DNA from: Octopus vulgaris | Taxonomy: Eukaryota | DNA: 64,000 nt | Direction: 5' to 3' | Assembly: GCA_951406725.2 (NCBI GenBank) | Contig: OX597830.1 | Location: forward strand, 14,880,001-14,944,000 | In this document: positions 29,061 through 43,342 of the stretch, piece after piece | How the letters are laid out: each line of letters begins with the position of its first letter | How positions within the stretch are numbered: position 1 is the first letter of the stretch | The notes under the pieces: model-generated | Told to the model about the DNA's origin: nothing | Databases searched by the model: none | Seen by the model: the letters and a program-made list of their open reading frames with translations, nothing else | Position numbers and translations under genes: made by a program

Positions 29061-29442
29061 TGGAAGCGCAACGGCCCAGTGGTTAGGGCAGCGGACTCGC
29101 GATCATAGGATCGCGGTTTCAATTCCCAGACCGGGCGTTGTGAGTGTTTATTGAGCGAAAACACCTAAAGCTCCACGAGGCTCCAGCAGTGGGTGGTGGT
29201 GATCCCTGCTGTACTCTTTCACCACAACTTTCTCTCACTCTTACTTCCTGTTTATGTTGTACCTGTATTTCAAGGGGCCGGCCTTGTCACTCTCTGTGTC
29301 ACGCTGAATATTCCCCAGAACTACGTTAAGGGTGCACGTGTCTGTGGAGTGCTCAGCCACTTACACGATAATTTCACGAGCGGGCTGTTGATTCGGATCA
29401 ACCGGAACCGTCATCGTCGTAACCGACGGAGTGCTTCCATCC
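29061..29442 (+). mobile_element. SINE C, full length, TSD ATTAATATGG
   Basis: GGCCCAGTGGTTAGGGC A box, TTCAATTCC B box; 10-bp direct repeat on both flanks; sister copy 36774-37160. Confidence 0.9.
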
Positions 29443-29449
29443 ATTAATA

Positions 29450-31440
29450 TGGATTTCGAAACTCACAGAGTAGATGGATCCCTGTAGACTGCATTTGGGA
29501 ATTTGTAGTGTTGTGTTTTTTTTTCCACTACATAAACTGGGCGATATGACTGGTAGTTTACTAGCCAGCAGCTTGTTTTGTGGTAGTGTGTTTTATAAGT
29601 AGTTAAAGGGGAGTCTAGTAAAAAGATTTCTTGATATTGATCCTTGTTATTTAGAGATGAAAGAAGTCCTTCGTTGTTAAAGCCATTCCGTAATTTCTGT
29701 ATTAGCTTTGTAAATAGTGCGGGAGTCTGAATTTGAGTTGAGATTTGTAGAGAGTAAGACGTGAGTTAGTAGTTTCTAGATTGGCTACTCAAAGAGTTTG
29801 CGGGGGCTGTCGGGAGTGGTAGGTCTTTACAATGTTACGTAATTTGGTTTCTTTAAGTTAAGCTTTACAATTGTTATGGTTTTGCCCGTCATACAGATTC
29901 TTGGAAGTTGACAGCGTTGTGCTTGTACAAGTAGTGTGAAAGCTGTTTTGCTCTGATGTGTTTGCACCTCTTTTTTTGTTGTTGTTATTCTTCCATTCTT
30001 TTTTTATCCTTCCAACCAATCTAGCGAAGGAAAGGGTCAAAATCTTGCTTGCAATGGAAGCTTTGGTTTTGTATCCCTGTATTATTTATCTCTTCGTTTT
30101 TGATTTTTTTAGGGAGGCAGTTAATTCCCGAGAAATATCAGTTAAGAAGGTTTATTCAATGTTACATATGTGAGTATATGATACGAAACTGTTACTGTGA
30201 ATAGGCATTTGTGTGACCGCTGATGTTGTTCTTTTCGGGGATGATACTAATTACGTACAGTTTGTGTGTTTTCTTTTTTATTTTATACTTTATGATAGAC
30301 ACTTATTTAACAGTTTTCTGGGAGTTTTTTTTTCTGTAGTTTCTTTTCCTTCTTATTTCTTTCTTTTGATGTTTGATGGAGAGTTTTATTTCGGCTGTGT
30401 AAGTTGTTAGTGTTTTGTGTTTTAGTTTGTTTCTAGTTTTTATGATATTGACTATTTCTGATATGTAATTAGGATTGTATATTTTTACATTGCCTTGTGG
30501 GATATGTTTTTTTAATGCGTCTATCGTTATTTCGTTCAGCGTATGTACTGCAGTGTTTTTGCTGGTTATTGTAGTATTGTATTCTGAAAACTTTGTTTCT
30601 ATTTCATGGTGGGACTTGTTCCACGAGGCTTTATATATTTGTAAAAGTATATTTCTTTGGTCATTAATATATGAATGTGTTATGATAATAATTGATAGGT
30701 GGTTTGAAAAATTTGGAGGATTGTTTGCCAAATGTTTGTAGTAGCTATGTGTGCGTAGAGTGGAAGGTGATATCTGGAAAACACTTGTAATTGGCTTGGT
30801 ATATGTCATTGGTGACGTTGTTTTGGATACAAAGGGAGTTCAGTTGCAATGTTGCTCTTTCACTTCGCTTACTATCTGTGTTATTTGAAAATCAGAACAT
30901 CTTGAGTGCACAGAACCTCCCCAAGTATTTGGGAGATATGTGGAAGAATTATGTCTTGTAGTGTAATCAGCTGAAATGGTTGCTGAGATCGGGTATTGAT
31001 ATGCTTATATTTACGATATTAATGTTTCTTTTAATTTTAAAAGCTTGCTTCTATAGTGTGATATAGTGTCATATTAGTTTAGAGATCTCGTGTGTGAGAT
31101 CTGCAAGATTTTCCGCCTATTTTTGAGGACTTTGCTGTTGTGAGACAGGATTTGTATAGCTTGGTTTGAGTGCAATTGTCGACACGCAGTGTTCAGTGTC
31201 GAAATGTTGCAGTATTTCCTGAATCATTTCAACGTAAATATCGTGCGTGCTTTTAAAGCTGCAAATGTTGAACAGAAAATTTAGAATTTTTTTTTAGGTT
31301 TACTCTGTTTCTTTTTGTGTTTGTAATGCGTTTTTAATATAGTCTTTTTGCGTATATGTGTCATTAGCAATGTAGATAATAACTGAACTTTCTGTTTATA
31401 TCGTTGCTGATGTTTTTGCTGTTGTTGTTGATGTTTCTAT
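29450..31440 (-). pseudogene. Decayed LINE ORF2 (AP endonuclease end and linker)
   Basis: ORF 30303-30809: SNHLSIII (SDH-like), YKASWN, ITIDALKKHIPQGNVKIYNPNYISEIVNIIKTRNKLK; same family as 22390-25870. Confidence 0.75.
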
Positions 31441-31480
31441 AACATCATATGTTCTTATGCAGTTTCAATAAATAGAATTA

Positions 31481-31978
<498 letters not shown>

Positions 31979-32132
31979 CCTTTTCTCTTTCTATGAGAAG
32001 CCAACTGTAGGTTGTGACTATAAAAATCATTTTGTTTCAGTTTGGTACTATGACAGAAATGTGTAGAGATGAAGATTTCAATTAACAGTATAACCACCAA
32101 AGGATCTGCTAATATCTACGTCATCCCTTTAA

Positions 32133-32347
32133 AGCGGCGAACTGGCAGAATCGTTAACACGCCAGGCAAAACTGATTAGCAGCATTTCATTCGTTCGCAC
32201 TTTCAGAGTTCAAGTAACGCCGAGGTCGACTTCGCCTTTCATCCTTTCGGGGTCGATAAAATAAGTACTAGTTGGACACTGAGATCGATATAATCGACTA
32301 TTCTCTACCTTCGAAATTGCTGGCCTTGTGCCAAATTTTGAAGCTAA
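32133..32347 (+). mobile_element. SINE B monomer with tail 2 (similar monomers at 22133-22335, 58960-59160, 59457-59640, 59657-59850, 63046-63240, 63249-63460)
   Basis: GCGGCGAACTGGCAGAATCGTT head, Meta-like core, GGCCTTGTGCC tail. Confidence 0.85.
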
Positions 32348-32497
32348 TATCTCCGTTGTCGCTCGACTTGCTAGAAATATAGATACAAGTATCGTTCGGT
32401 CACTCTAGACTATTTTAAAACAGAATGAACTCGTAACATGGTGTAAACTTAGAAAAGTCAAAAGAAATACGATATTCTTAGGGATTGAACGTTTCAG

Positions 32498-32810
32498 AGC
32501 TTCTGTTGCACATCATCTAATCTCAAATGAGGCAATCGTCACATGCAAGCTTTGTAGCACCTTTTAAGTTAGGGAGACAGGCCGACTCCTTCTTGATCGC
32601 TTTCGAGAGCATATTTGAAGCATACTACCATATATGCTTGGCCAACCTGTCGCAACCCGCTTCAACACTGCAGGAAATTCCATCACTCAATAATCTACGT
32701 GCAGCGTCTCTACAAGACTTGGATCCATGTTCTCAAGGAAACGGCGGGACCAACGCTTCGTTTTCGAATATGGCACTCTCTCATTGACAAATTTAAATGA
32801 AGGTTTTCCC
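32498..32810 (+). pseudogene. Penelope-like element GIY-YIG endonuclease remnant
   Basis: Manual translation SFCCTSSNL..AIVTCKLCSTF*VRETGRLLLDRFREHI*SI...QPVATRFN...RKRRDQRFVFEYGTLSLTNLNEGF fits PLE GIY-YIG pattern (CxxC, YxGETGR, RFxEH, PVAxHFN, terminal GLN). Confidence 0.85.
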
Positions 32811-33074
32811 TTAAACTCTCACACCTCCTCTTAATTCCTAAACCTTTTCTTATCTTTCAATTCCCCTTTTTGTTCTCTTCACCTCACTCTTGACATTCCC
32901 TCCTTCTCACTCCAATTCTCTTCCCTTCTTTTTTCTTACACTGTTTCTCCTTCCATTTCTTGCTCACGTCAGAAGCTCACGTGGTTCAGCATTCCTTATA
33001 GTTTGCATCCATTTTGTATTTGTTTTTATCTAAATGTCTGCTTTCTCTCATTAATTTCTTTCCTTTCTACTTTT

Positions 33075-33105
33075 CTCCCGAAGAAGGTCCGTGTCCGAAA
33101 GGTGG
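33075..33105 (+). ncRNA. Degenerate hammerhead in the 3' end of the Penelope remnant
   Basis: CCGAAGA-A-GGTCCGTGTCC-GAAA-GGT, 270 bp downstream of GIY-YIG after a pyrimidine-rich tract; probably inactive. Confidence 0.45.
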
Positions 33106-33263
33106 TGTTTTCCACTCAAAACAGTCATCACTGTACTCTTTTTATCGATTTCACTATATAAAATAAGTCTTTCCAACGCAGAACAACACCAACTTTATTG
33201 AAATCTGTTTGATAATATAATTATATATATATGTATGTGTGTGTGTGTACATATGTCGCCATG

Positions 33264-33432
33264 ATAGATCGTTAGCCACTACACACATTTTTTCTCTCCT
33301 TGTTTTTCCTGTGTCTCTTTCTGTAGAAGAGCGTAGGCTCGAAACGTAAAAGACTTTTTCTATTCCTGAGCGTTATGCTAATACAGCTGTTTGTTTTCTA
33401 CACCACGTCTTTTGTTTTTTTTCGTAAACTCT

Positions 33433-33434
<2 letters not shown>
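33264..33434 (+). mobile_element. ~170-bp (TA)n-embedded cassette with minimal hammerhead-like motif (33316-33353)
   Basis: TCTTT-CTGTAGA-A-GAGC-GTAG-GCTC-GAAA-CG-TA-AAAGA; three copies in window. Confidence 0.8.
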
Positions 33435-33477
<43 letters not shown>

Positions 33478-33524
33478 GTGTGTGTGTGTATGTATATACA
33501 CTGAAACACAGACAAAAATACACA

Positions 33525-33557
<33 letters not shown>

Positions 33558-33599
33558 ATACACACATATTGATGTTTGTCAAGTTATATATAAAAACTA

Positions 33600-34270
33600 T
33601 TTACCATAAAGCTGAAGGATTACTCAATACTCTTTAGTTTGGGCTAGATATAGTCTTTGGCAGGTTGCGATATTTTCTTCTTTTTGATAGGTGGAGCAAT
33701 GTAAGGACGATTGTAAGTAGATGTAGTGTAAGTAGAAAGGGGAAGTAGGAATAGAAACAGGAGGAAAGTACACGTTTGGAGAGTGTAGGTAGATAGAAAG
33801 ATAAGGTGAAGAGATTTGTTTTGGTTTGATGTAGGAATCTTTCATTCCTTGGGGTACAGGCGTATAAGTAAAAGTGTAAACAGATTTGTCATATTCAGGT
33901 TACGACATTCTATGTATATAAGATTGGCTTTTGAGGTTTTTGAGGGTTCACAAAAGAATGTTTGTAGCAAACACAGCCGGTCACTCATATACATAGGAAG
34001 AGAGAGAATATAAGAGAGAATGGCTATATTGAGTGTATTCTAGATGTAGACTCACTGTCACTCTCTCTCTCTCTCTCTCTCACTCTCTCTCTCTCATTCT
34101 TTCTCCCTCTCTCTCTCACTCTGTCTCTCTCACTCTCTCCCTCTCTCTCTGTAGGAATATCAGTTTTCTGTAGTATTTGATTAATCTCTAGTAACAGCAC
34201 GGAGATCATCCAGATATGTAGTGTGTTTGTTGAAGACACGCTATTAGTCATTCGGTTAGGTTAGTGTTCA
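33600..34270 (-). pseudogene. Highly decayed LINE 3' fragment
   Basis: QRLYLAQ near the end resembles the R..LAQLRSG segment of LINE ORF2; weak. Confidence 0.4.
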
Positions 34271-34811
34271 TTTTTGGAATAATATACACAACAACGATAT
34301 TAACAAAGAAAACGGTTTTTCCTCAGGCAAATCGAGGAGCAGAAATAAGTTACTATAAAATTACTATTACGGTCTGCACCACAGGTGATGTTGTATAATC
34401 ACAAACTCTTGTGTTCTATACTATTTAATGATATCTAGAAATCGATAAGGGGATTTTTTTTTTCTGGAATTCCACTGAGGTTACTTCTGGTCAACCATTG
34501 TTTCGGAGAAATATCATGGCAGCAATCGATTACATTTTCTGGCCCTTGAGATATTATTGATCGTTGTTCCGATCTTCAGCATTGATAAAATTAATTTTGT
34601 TTGTATCCCAATTGGCATAGTCCTTTCCACTTAAGTTTTCGACTTCATCTTATTCTGGTGTGAGCAACAGATTGGCAAATGAGATTGTGTCACGTTGCTC
34701 GAAACCAAATCATATTCTCTCTGTAGCCAATTTTTCTCCAGTATTTGTAGGTTCTGATAGCTGTAAAATATATTTACTACCACACGTCCACAAATAGTCA
34801 GTAAACTATAT

Positions 34812-35204
34812 AGGCGTAGGAGTGGCTGTGCGGTAAGTAACTTGCTTACCAACCACATGGTTCCGGGTTCGGTCCCACTGCGTGGCACTTTGGGCAAGTG
34901 TCTTCTACTATAGCCTCGCAGTGGGCTAAAGCCTTGTGAGTGGATTTGGTAGACGGAAACTGAAAGAAGCCTGTCGTATATGTGTATATTTATATGTATG
35001 TGTGTATGTTTGTATCCCCAACATCGCTTGACAACCGATGCTGGTGTGTTTACGTCCCCGTAACTTAGCGGTTCGACAAAAGAAAACGATAGACAAAGTA
35101 CTAGGCTTACCAAGAATCAGTCCTGGGGTCGATTTGCTCGACTAAAAGTGTTGCTCTAGCATGGCCGCAGTCAAATGACTGAAACAAGTAAAAGAGTAAA
35201 AGAG
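34812..35204 (+). mobile_element. SINE A
   Basis: Full-length match to family. Confidence 0.9.
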
Positions 35205-35686
35205 CAAACGAAAATGTTATGGAAAATACATGTCTGTACGGCCAATTTTAGTGTCCAAAACCGTTTCTTTCCGTGTGTGCCATTTCCATATTCCAGTTCA
35301 AGTTTTAGTAACAACAAATATAGAAATAGATTGGATTATTCTTCCAATTCTTCCGCCAATTCTCCATTCTGTTCTTTCTCTTTCGAAATGCTTTCGTTCT
35401 ACATCTCTTTTTATACATTCTTCTCAGAGTAAAATCTTGATTGAAACATTAGATATATCTTCTCTTCATGGCAGAGAAAAATGAACTTATTATTATTATT
35501 ATTATTATTATTAATATTATCATTAGTAGGAGTAGTAGTATTAGTAGTAGTAGTAGTAGTATAGTAGTAGTAGTACTAGTAGTAGTAGTAGTAGTCGCAG
35601 CAGCAGCAGCAGTAGTAGTGGTAGTTGATTAAGGTGTGGATCAAAATGCCATGCGGTAGTCGTTCTGACTCTCTACATTAAGTTCT

Positions 35687-36104
35687 TATTTCTTTATTAC
35701 CCACAAGGGGCTAAACACAGAGGGGATAAACAAGGACAGACAAACGAATTAAGTCGATTATATAGACCCCAGTGCGTAACTGGTACTTAATTTATCGACC
35801 CCGAAAGGATGAAAGGCAAAGTCGACCTCGGCAGAATTTGAACTCAGAACGTAAAGACTGACGAAATACCTATTTCTTTACTACCCACAAGGGGCTAAAC
35901 ACAGAAGGGAGACAAACAAGGAAAGACAAACGGATTAAGTCGATTACTTCGACCCCAGTGCGTAACTGGTACTTATTTTATCGACCTCGGAAGGATGAAA
36001 AGCAAAGTCGACCTCGGCGGAATTTGAACTCAGAACGTAACGGCAGACGAAATATTGCTGAGCATTTCGCCCGGCGTGCTAACATTTCTGCCAGCTCGCT
36101 GCCT
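35687..36104 (-). mobile_element. SINE B dimer
   Basis: Two units with GAAATAC|CTATTTCTTT junction at ~35870. Confidence 0.9.
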
Positions 36105-36773
36105 TAACATTAAGTTCTACATTAAGTTCTAAGTCCACCGGGGTCAACATTGCCGTTCATTCTTTCGATGCCATCGAGTACTCCTCTTACTTCCCCAAAC
36201 TGTCGGCCTTGTGCGTAAATCATCTTCGCGAACATCATCATCATCAGCAGCAGCAGAAGCAGTAGCAGCATCACCATCGTTTTAGGTATATAAATGGAAT
36301 ATTCCGTAAGAGTAATCCTCGGGCTTGTAGTAACATTTCAAATAACTAGTAAATAACATATTGTAAAAAGCTTTATTTCCAAGAAGTTCATAAATCTATT
36401 TGGTTTATAATACTTTTGACCTTAACTTGGGTTCATTTATTGCCATCAGTTATGAATTAAATATTTTAATATAATTTTGATATAAACTACGTTAGTGCAC
36501 GTTTTAATCATATCGATTTCATTGGTTAATAATGATATCAAAATATTAACATAGAGCGATAACCATAATAAATGGGATTGGAGTGTTTTACATATTTATT
36601 TTGGTTTAATTTCACTACACAATAATTTGATTGATAAAGCTTTATATAGGGACTCTAAATATTTTAGAGTAGGCAGTGAAAAGATGTTATGGTTTTCTGG
36701 AAGCGAAATGAAGTAATTCCAACTGGAAATAAACGGTGGCTTACTTTTCTCTCTACACAGCTCACTACAACAT

Positions 36774-37160
36774 CAAGGAAGCACTCCGTCGGTTACGACG
36801 ACGAGGGTTCCGGTTGATCCGAATCAACGGAACAGCCTGCTCGTGAAATTAACGTGTAAGTGGCTGAGCACTCCACAGACACGTGCACCCTTAACGTAGT
36901 TCTCGGGGATATTCAGCGTGACACAGAGAGTGACAAGGCCGGCCCTTTGAAATACAGGTACAACATAAACAGGAAGTAAGAGTGAGAGAAAGTTGTGGTG
37001 AAAGAGTACAGTAGGGATCACCACCATCCCCTGCTGGAGCCTCGTGGAGCTTTTTAGGTGTTTTCGCTCAATAAACACTTACAACGCCCGGTCTAGGAAT
37101 CGAAACCGCGATCCTATGACCGCGAGTCCGCTGCCCTAACCACTGGGCCATTGCGCCTCC
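36774..37160 (-). mobile_element. SINE C, full length, 31-bp TSD
   Basis: Flanks 36743-36773 and 37161-37191 match at 29 of 31 positions. Confidence 0.92.
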
Positions 37161-38737
37161 ACTTTTCGTTCTACACAGCTCACTACAACATACATAACTG
37201 ATATTAGAATAAAATTATCTGAGTTCATATTTCTAAGAATATTCTCATGAGAGAATGTCTTAAAGAGGACATGTATACTTCTGTTGCAGAGGCATCAGTC
37301 ATTCAACGTTATTGTGAACGTATTCAAATGTTGAATTGAAAGCCAGCGTAGTTGTAAGTACCAAATCTATGGAGATTACACGTTCCTTAAAGTAGGTGAA
37401 TTTTTGGAAACATAGTAGTTGGTAGCAGATTGTAAATGTCTACACTGACGGTTAGCTAGCTTGCCTAGCAATACCAAGTTGGCCAGTAAGAAGAATACAC
37501 AGTAACTGCTGCATTTGATATAGCTATAAGGAAAAAAAGGTGAATAGTCGGTTAAGTGGGAAGGGCGAAGCGGAAGAAAGGAATAAGCTGGAGGAACGTG
37601 CAGAAACGAATCAGGATGGGAAATGACAGCATCAGCTTGAGGCTAGAGTTCAGTCCAGCGTTCTTGTTCTCACGATATTATCTTCGCTTCTAGCTACTGT
37701 CCATCCAATTTCACCAGCGTCCTTCAACTCGCTTTCCTGCTTTAGAAGCGAAAGAAAAAATCGATAGACAAGCCTTTCCTCTCCTGCTTCTGCAGTTCTG
37801 AACTCCAACTCTGCATAGGTATATACACAAGCCTCTTTTTATCTTTCCGACACAAGTTCCCTCACCTTCCCTCTATCTATCTATATACTCAGCCATCCAT
37901 TCATCTATCTATATCTGTACTTGCGTTTGTCTCCATGCACTATTTCTCCCCACTCCATCTTACTCTCTCTCTCGCTTTATATGTATTATGTATATATATA
38001 AATATATATATATATATATAGGTAAGTGTATGTGTGTGAAGGTATTGTGCATGTATATATGTTTCTCTGGAAACAGTATGGATGTATATACATAATTCAC
38101 CTATCTGACTATCTAGCTGTCTGTATCGTTGTCTACATACACACCAAGACACAAGACACTCATCCATTTATCCAACAATTTATCTATGTATTATGTGAAT
38201 GTAATATACATATACATACATACATACATACATATGTATATATATATTCACGCATACACATATGTATATATATATACATATACATACATACACACATACA
38301 TACATATACATACATACATACATACATACATACATACATACATACATACATACATACATACATACATACATACATGCATACATACAGATACATTTATTTG
38401 TGTTGTATACGGCATTTACAAGTGCTCGAACACTCTAAATGAATTTACATGAACAAAAATAGAACTCAATACGTAAATAACACATTGTTGCTAGTATTTT
38501 CAAAAAATTCAAACTTTAATCAACTTTTCTACGATGCAAGGTCACGACATCAACCTGTACTCTGATAAGAGAAATGGTACTACGCATTCTCTTACTTTTC
38601 TACGTACCTCACCTAAATAATTTTCTGAAAGAACTCAAACAAAATTTATTTTTCTCCTATTTTTCTCTTGTTTTTCTCTGCACATGCAAACCTCTACGCG
38701 CATACACAGACACACACCGATAAAACAACACATATCT

Positions 38738-38958
38738 GTTTCTTTATTGCCCACAAGGGGGCTAAACATAGAGGGGACAAACAAGGACAGACAAACGGAT
38801 TAAGTCGATTACATCGACCCCAGTGCGTAACTGGTACTTAATTTATCGACCCCGAAAGGATGAAAGGCAAAGTCGACCTCGGCGGAATTTGAACTCAGAA
38901 CGCAACGACAGACGCAATACCGCTAAGCATTTCGCCCGGTGTGCCATCTCGCCGCCTT
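38738..38958 (-). mobile_element. SINE B monomer with tail 1 (another at 43117-43325)
   Basis: Single 184-bp unit plus head. Confidence 0.9.
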
Positions 38959-39165
38959 ATAAAACAGCACATATCACACACCCATACGCCTATCTCTAAA
39001 AAGATATTCCATCCTGTACGAGCATACTAAAGCACACACACCCTTCCTCCATTCTCCGTCTTAGCTCCCACGACATAAACGCTTTCCCTCCTGGTGCCTA
39101 AACCTTCACTCGTTTTTTTTTTTTCTCAACCGTTTTTTCGTCTTTCTCACTCTTTCTATGTTTTA

Positions 39166-39198
39166 CTACCGATGAAGAACTAACGCACGAAGCGTTAC
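39166..39198 (+). ncRNA. Degenerate hammerhead remnant
   Basis: CCGATGA-A-GAAC-TAAC-GCAC-GAAG-CG-TTA within a pyrimidine-rich pLTR-like tract. Confidence 0.35.
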
Positions 39199-39451
39199 CA
39201 CTCATTCCTTTCTTTGTTGCAAAGTGTTGTCTCCAACTTTGTTCTCCCCCTATCTTCTTTTGTTTTGGTTTTTATTTCATACTGTATATACAACATATAT
39301 ATGCATACATACAGGTAAGTGTATGTGTGTGAAGAGAGATAGACATTCATATATGCATACGTACGTAAAAACACATCTTTATGCATGCATACATACATAC
39401 ATGCATACATACACACACATACACACATACATACATACATATATACATACA

Positions 39452-39485
<34 letters not shown>

Positions 39486-39945
39486 CATATATACATACAT
39501 ACATACATACATACATACATACATACATACATGCATGCATACATACATACATACATACATACATACATACATGCATACATACATACATACATACATACAT
39601 ACATACATACATACATACATGCATGCATACATACATACATACATACATACATACATACATACATACATACATGCATGCATACATACATACATACACATGC
39701 ATACATACATACATACATACATACATACATACATACATACATACATACATACATACATGCATGCATACATACATACATACATACATGCATGCATACATAC
39801 ACCTACATACATACATGCATACATACATACATACATACATACATACATACATACATACATACATACATGCATGCATACATACATACATACATACATACAT
39901 ACATACATACATACATACATACATACATACATACATACATACATA

Positions 39946-40238
39946 GTGGGAGCACATGGCCTAGTGGTTAGAGCAGTGGACTCGCGGTCGAGGGGTCGCG
40001 GGTTCGAATCTCAGACCGGGCGATGTGTGTGTTTATGAGCGAAACACCTAAACTCCACACAGCTCCGGCAGAAGGTAATGGCGAAACTTCTGCTGACTCT
40101 TTCGCCACAACTTTCTCTCACTCTTTCCTCCTGCATCTTGCAGTTCACCTGCAATGGACCGTCCAGGTGGGGAACCTATAAGCCAAGGAAACCGGGAAAC
40201 CGGCCATTATGAGCCAGGCATTGCTTGAGAAGGAACAT
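39946..40238 (+). mobile_element. SINE C-type head and body with V-like tail
   Basis: TGGCCTAGTGGTTAGAGC, GGTTCGAATC, GAGCGAAACACCTAAACTCCAC body, then CCTGCAATGGACCGTCCAGG...GGAAACCGG. Confidence 0.85.
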
Positions 40239-40920
40239 ATTTACATACATACATGCATGCATACAAGTGAAAAGAGAATAACTACGCTGAACTATTAAGA
40301 AATCTGCAGTTACACTACTCGGATTACAAGTTCAGGTTTATACCTATAATTATTGGGGCACTGAGATATGTAACACACTGCCTAAGTACCAATCTTGAGA
40401 ATTTTAAGCTTCTCATAATACCATACAAAAGAGAAAACTAATACGAAGACTTCAGATCCAATCCATCATTGGAACTGTAAAAAATTTGTAAAAGTTTACT
40501 CGCGGTCGAGGAAGTTTGTCGGGTTAAGTAAGTATATATGAGCATATCTAGATGTGCAACTATAAGCATGAGAATACATACATGAAACAAAACATACGAA
40601 TCTGCACATATACATACATATATATATTGTTGGTGTTATTGAAATTCCAATGAAGAGCTTTCGATCTAGTTTAGAAACCGACTCTTTCTCTATTGGCCAG
40701 AAATCTTGAAATGAAACTGAATAATGACATACATACATACATACATACATACATACATACATACACATGCTCGAAATGAAGTGTAGATGGACAGCCGACA
40801 ACTGATGAAGGGTCGATCTTTATGTTACTTGTTTGTTTTCCATGTGTTTCTCTCGTTGTTTGCGTAGCCAACTTTGTTTTCGCACTTCTGTATGTACATA
40901 TATGTATGTATATATGCATA

Positions 40921-41065
<145 letters not shown>

Positions 41066-41137
41066 ATGTATGTATGTATGTATCTATGTATGTATCTATG
41101 TATGTATGTATGTATGTTTGTATGTATGTATGTATGT

Positions 41138-41308
41138 ATTAGCCACTACACACATCTTTTTCTCTCCTTGTTTTTTCTGTGTCCCTTTCTGTAGATGAGC
41201 GTAGGCTCGAAACGTAAAAGACTTTTTCTATTCCTGAACGTTATACTAATACATCTGTTTGTTCTGTACACCACCTGTCTTCGTCTTATGTTTTTTTCGT
41301 AAACTCTC

Positions 41309-41310
<2 letters not shown>
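41138..41310 (+). mobile_element. ~170-bp cassette with minimal hammerhead-like motif (41185-41220)
   Basis: CTTT-CTGTAGA-T-GAGC-GTAG-GCTC-GAAA-CG-TA-AAAG; ends in (TA)n. Confidence 0.8.
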
Positions 41311-41364
<54 letters not shown>

Positions 41365-41488
41365 TATTTATATTATTACATACATACATACATACATACA
41401 TACACACATACATACATACATACATACATACATACATACATACATACATACATACATACATACATACATACATACATACATACATACA

Positions 41489-41519
<31 letters not shown>

Positions 41520-41791
41520 GTCTGCATAATAGCTGTTCTGTTAAACGTAATGCACTGAAAAGAAAACTAGGTTGTTGTTCTCCGTTACCTTATTTCCTTT
41601 TCATATTTTCGCATAAGTTCTTTACAATTCGTAAATCCGTCACCGACATTTTCGAACCTTGATAGTCTCCTTCTCAGGATGAAGTGGCGTTTGGTATGCG
41701 ATGCTACCTCTTTACCATTGGGGAGGTAAAGATGATTATTGTAGGAATTTGATTTTGACTCGATTTGCATATCGTCTATCTGACTTGTGTT

Positions 41792-42092
41792 ACGGCGCAT
41801 GACTCAGTCGTTAGAGTGTCGGACTTACAATCATGAGGAAACGAGTTCGATTCCCAGACCGGAGTGTGTGTTGTATTCTTGGGCAAGTTACTTTATTTCG
41901 TAGAAATGAGTTGCAACGTGACTGGTACCCAGCTGTTTCGGCCTCTGCCTTTCTCTTGGACAACATCAGTGTAGTGCAGAGGGGAGACTGGTATGCGTGT
42001 GTGACTGCTGGTCTTCCATAAACAACCATGGCTGGACTTGTGCTTCGGAGGGAACTTTCTAGGGAATTTTCATGACCGAAGGGGGTCTTTAC
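41792..42092 (+). mobile_element. SINE E
   Basis: TGACTCAGTCGTTAGAG, GTTCGATTCCC, TTCTTGGGCAAG, shared tail with 21828-22097. Confidence 0.8.
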
Positions 42093-42460
42093 CTATTTTT
42101 TTTTTTCATCTGGCTAGTGCAAGTTATCTGCGTGTTTATTTTAGTGTCGTAATGTAGTGGAATAATACTCGAGTTTCAATACATGGAACTTGAAGTGACC
42201 CATGTATAACCATTATTTTGCATTGCTTTATATGTGTGTGTGTGTGTGTGTGTGTATTTCATGAGTTTGACTCAACACTACATGACTTTTCGTTGAACCG
42301 TAGGACCTGCCTGTTATATTGAGTACTAATTTCATTCATTAGTCCACTTACTCGTACCTCTCCCTCTCTTTCCCTCTCTCTCTCCCTCTCATTCTTCCTC
42401 TCTCTCCCTCTCTCTTTCGATATATATATAGATGCATACATCATAGACAGACAGATAGAC

Positions 42461-42551
<91 letters not shown>

Positions 42552-42555
42552 TAGA

Positions 42556-42595
<40 letters not shown>

Positions 42596-42608
42596 TAGAT
42601 AGACAGAC

Positions 42609-42685
<77 letters not shown>

Positions 42686-43342
42686 GATAGATAGATAAAT
42701 GTGCATCTATTATATTTTACTTGTTTCAGTCATTAGGCTTCGATCATCGTGGGGTACCACCTTTCAGGGTTTAGTCGAACACAATTACATGCATATTTCT
42801 ATATACATTCATATATGAAAAAAGAATGACCGATGCAAAAGACAAGCACTCAAACAGAATGCTTTCATTAATCGTGCAACCCGGTCCATAAACTTGGTTT
42901 CCATATCCTACGAGGGGTGTATGAAAGGTGTTCGGCCGCCAAGTCCTTTGAGCCTTGAAGTCTTGCACCTTCATCGGAGGTCTTGTGCCATGTTTTGTTT
43001 CTTTGAGGCTCAAGACTTTTCATTCAGCCGTCGTATAGTAGTTATTTCGCTAAATTTCTTTTTCTCGTAGAGAGAAATATGTCTGCCGTCAAAGAATGTT
43101 AGTTACCCTAAATATATATTTCTTTACTACCCACAAGGGGCTAAACATAGAGGGGACAAACAAGGACAGACAAACGGATTAAGTCGATTACATCGACCCC
43201 AGTGCGTAACTGGTGCTTAATTTATCGACCCCGAAAGGCGAAGTCGACCTCAGCGGAATTTGAACTCAGAACCTAACGGCAGACGAAATACCGCTACGCA
43301 TTTCGCCCGACGTGCTAACGTTTCTAACATATTTAATATAAC

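Noticed and set aside
39946-40020. tRNA genes at SINE heads (also 29061, 37160, 41792, 56740)
   Set aside because: A/B boxes are present but acceptor stems do not close, and the sequence continues into SINE bodies.
42908-42930. Mariner TIR-like TACGAGGGGTGTATGAAAGGT
   Set aside because: No matching second TIR or transposase found.
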